Position numbers and translations under genes: made by a program
The notes under the pieces: model-generated
Database searches by the model: none
Told to the model about the DNA's origin: nothing
The model's input: the letters and a program-made list of their open reading frames with translations, nothing else
Source: Lama guanicoe
Lineage: Eukaryota
Length of the DNA stretch: 64,000 bases
Reading direction: 5' to 3'
NCBI GenBank assembly: GCA_013239625.1
Contig: MU053482.1
Span: forward strand, 4,415,775 to 4,479,774
Shown here: in pieces, positions 61,825-64,000 of the stretch
Layout of the letters: each line of letters begins with the position of its first letter
How positions within the stretch are numbered: position 1 is the first letter of the stretch

Positions 61825-63517
61825 AACTATACAGGGAACCAGATGCTTGGAAATGAGGAGCTTATGGGAAATGAGTGCTAGGAACCAAAAGCAGTGAAGC
61901 CAGGAAAGAAAGCCAAGATACCAGATCAAGAAGAGGTGAAGCCAGAAGATCCCTGAATTATAGGGGCTGAAATATGAGATCAGAAGCTGAAAAGCATTTA
62001 AAGATGAAGGAAGTGGTGCCCAGGTGAGCATCAGGATAGACATTATTGAGCAATGGGATCATCTGAAACCATGAATGTTTTAACCGTTAATTTCAATCAT
62101 TTTTAAGTCTTACTGTGCAGTACTTCTTGGTTCCCAACTGACACAGGTCACCTTGCAGTCTTAGATTATAGAACTTAATTTCTATTTGGCAATTCTCAAA
62201 GGATTTCAGTGGAGGAGGGGGAAAGGAATTCTCACTATGATATATACTAAATATTCAGAACCACTCTTTCTCTGTCTCTCCTTGGTCTTTGAAAAACCAA
62301 GAATGTTTGTAATACAATAATGAAATAAAAATAAAGCCATTCATCAAGAACCCTGTATTTATTTTCTTTATGTCTGAAGTTTGTTAAATCCTAATTATCC
62401 TGAACTATTTTCATACTGCTGAGCAGCCTCCACTTATGAAGTCAGTAATTAATATTCAATTTGCCTAGAGCTTTCAGATTTGCATGTTAATTATTGATTT
62501 CTTAATCACCAGGATGGGTATTTGAGAGCTTTAGAGAACACTGACATTTCAGTAAATGTTACAGAGTGATCATCTCTGTAGATTAGGTTTTTAAGAAAAT
62601 ATTTTATAATCTTTATTTTCAGATTTCCTCTCCACCTGCAGCTCTGATTCTTTTCCTGAAGCATCTGTGTAAGCTTTGCACTGGTATTATTGATATAATT
62701 ATGAGTATGAATCTGGAAAAGGACAATTCTCCTTTATGGTCTCAACCTGACCATCTGTCTACCAGTTCATCTCTCCAGCAGAGCTGGAGTGAGGAACATT
62801 GGCAACACAAGCAGATTAGAAGGAGATGAAGTGTTTGGTTAGACACTGGGGAAGTGATCCAGCTATAATGGTTGGTCTAGTTGCAACATCTGGATTATCC
62901 AAAGCACAGAACTCAAAGAGACTCTATTCAGGGAACAGAGAAAATTGATGGGAGGTAGTTCTGATGGCAGAGAACACTTAATGCTCAGGTAGCAGCAGCA
63001 GCAAGTTGTGACCAATTAGGTCTTTCACAGCAGGACCCCAGCCAGTCATGAGAGGACCCAAGGAACAGGTCTATTCAACTCCTGGGGAAAGGAACTGACA
63101 AGAAACAAACATGTTCTCATGAACTTAAGTGACTGGGCTGGTGCTCATATCAGAGCCCCAGACTGAATAGAGAGCCTAAGTGTCTTCTGACCATAGTCTT
63201 TGCACGGCTGGAGTCAGAGGAGTGTGCACACACACACAGACACACACACACACATGGACTCATCAACATGGGGCAGCTCATGGAGTATTTCATGAGTGAG
63301 GATCCTGGAAAAAAGATAAATATACCAAGTTCATCCAAGCCATGCTGGAATAGGTCTGTGGGAGACCAGTCGAGAGCCAGGAGTAGACATGCTTGGGCAA
63401 ATGCTGGAAGAAACGGGGTGGAAGGAAAGGATATTGTAGTCATGTAAGAGACTGGACAACAAACAGGCAAGATAGAGGAGGTGTAGATATGAAGTGGGGC
63501 AGCTTAAAAATAAATCT

Positions 63518-63702
63518 TGAGAGCTTCCAGGTTGGTGAACACTGGAGATTTGAGGCGAACGGCATACTTGGAAAGAGCATCATGATAGCTCCACACCCTT
63601 TCCCCATACCTTGGCCTCTACATCTCCTCCATCTGGATGTTCATCTGTATCCTTTATCATACCTTTTTTATAATAAACCAGTAACCTAGCAAGTAAACTG
63701 TT
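63518..63702 (+). mobile_element. MER21-like ERVL LTR fragment
   Basis: GAGAGCTTCCAGGTTGGTGAACAC...CCCCATACCTTGGCCTCTACATCTCCTCCATCTGG...TATAATAAACCAGTAA. Confidence 0.75.
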
Positions 63703-64000
63703 AAAAAAATTTTAAGTCTTGAAAATACAACTGCTGCATTTTTTCCTTGCTGTTTGACACCCTACTGCCCAAATAGTGAACAGGTCTCGAAATGAAAGGC
63801 TCCCACCAGACAAGTGTTAAGGGTTAGAAAATGCTATGGTGTAGATGCTCTCCAGCACCCAGTGACCTTGGAACAGCAGCTCTTCAACAACAGGTTACTA
63901 GAGTGGGGCTGATACAACACAAATGTCATTTCTGTTCTCAGGACTGGCTAATAAATGGAGCGGGCCTAAGCCCACAGAGGGAGCCAGAGAAGCCAGAAAG

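Overview
Mammalian genomic DNA, most likely camelid (alpaca/llama/camel). The evidence is four tRNA-Ala-derived SINEs of the vic-1 type, young L1 3' ends, and no Alu, BovB/Bov-tA or PRE-1 seen. I recognise no host protein-coding exon, so the window looks intronic or intergenic. It is rich in interspersed repeats: many MIR and L2 relics, two nested L1 stacks (about 13.2-22.2 kb and 56.3-61.7 kb), MaLR/ERVL solo LTRs, hAT and Tigger DNA-transposon relics, a full-length U6 retropseudogene with a perfect target-site duplication (TSD), and microsatellites. The only recognisable peptides are TE-derived (L1 ORF2 C-terminus, Tigger HTH fragment). I cannot support a new biological system. The best observations concern retrotransposition mechanics: a SINE that appears to carry 3' flanking DNA up to a Pol III terminator, two young L1s inserted at the TSD of an earlier insertion, and a 102-bp duplication between nested L1 tails. 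There are also several repeat-free, motif-dense enhancer candidates. Repeat subfamily names are from memory of consensus sequences, and boundaries of old repeats are approximate.
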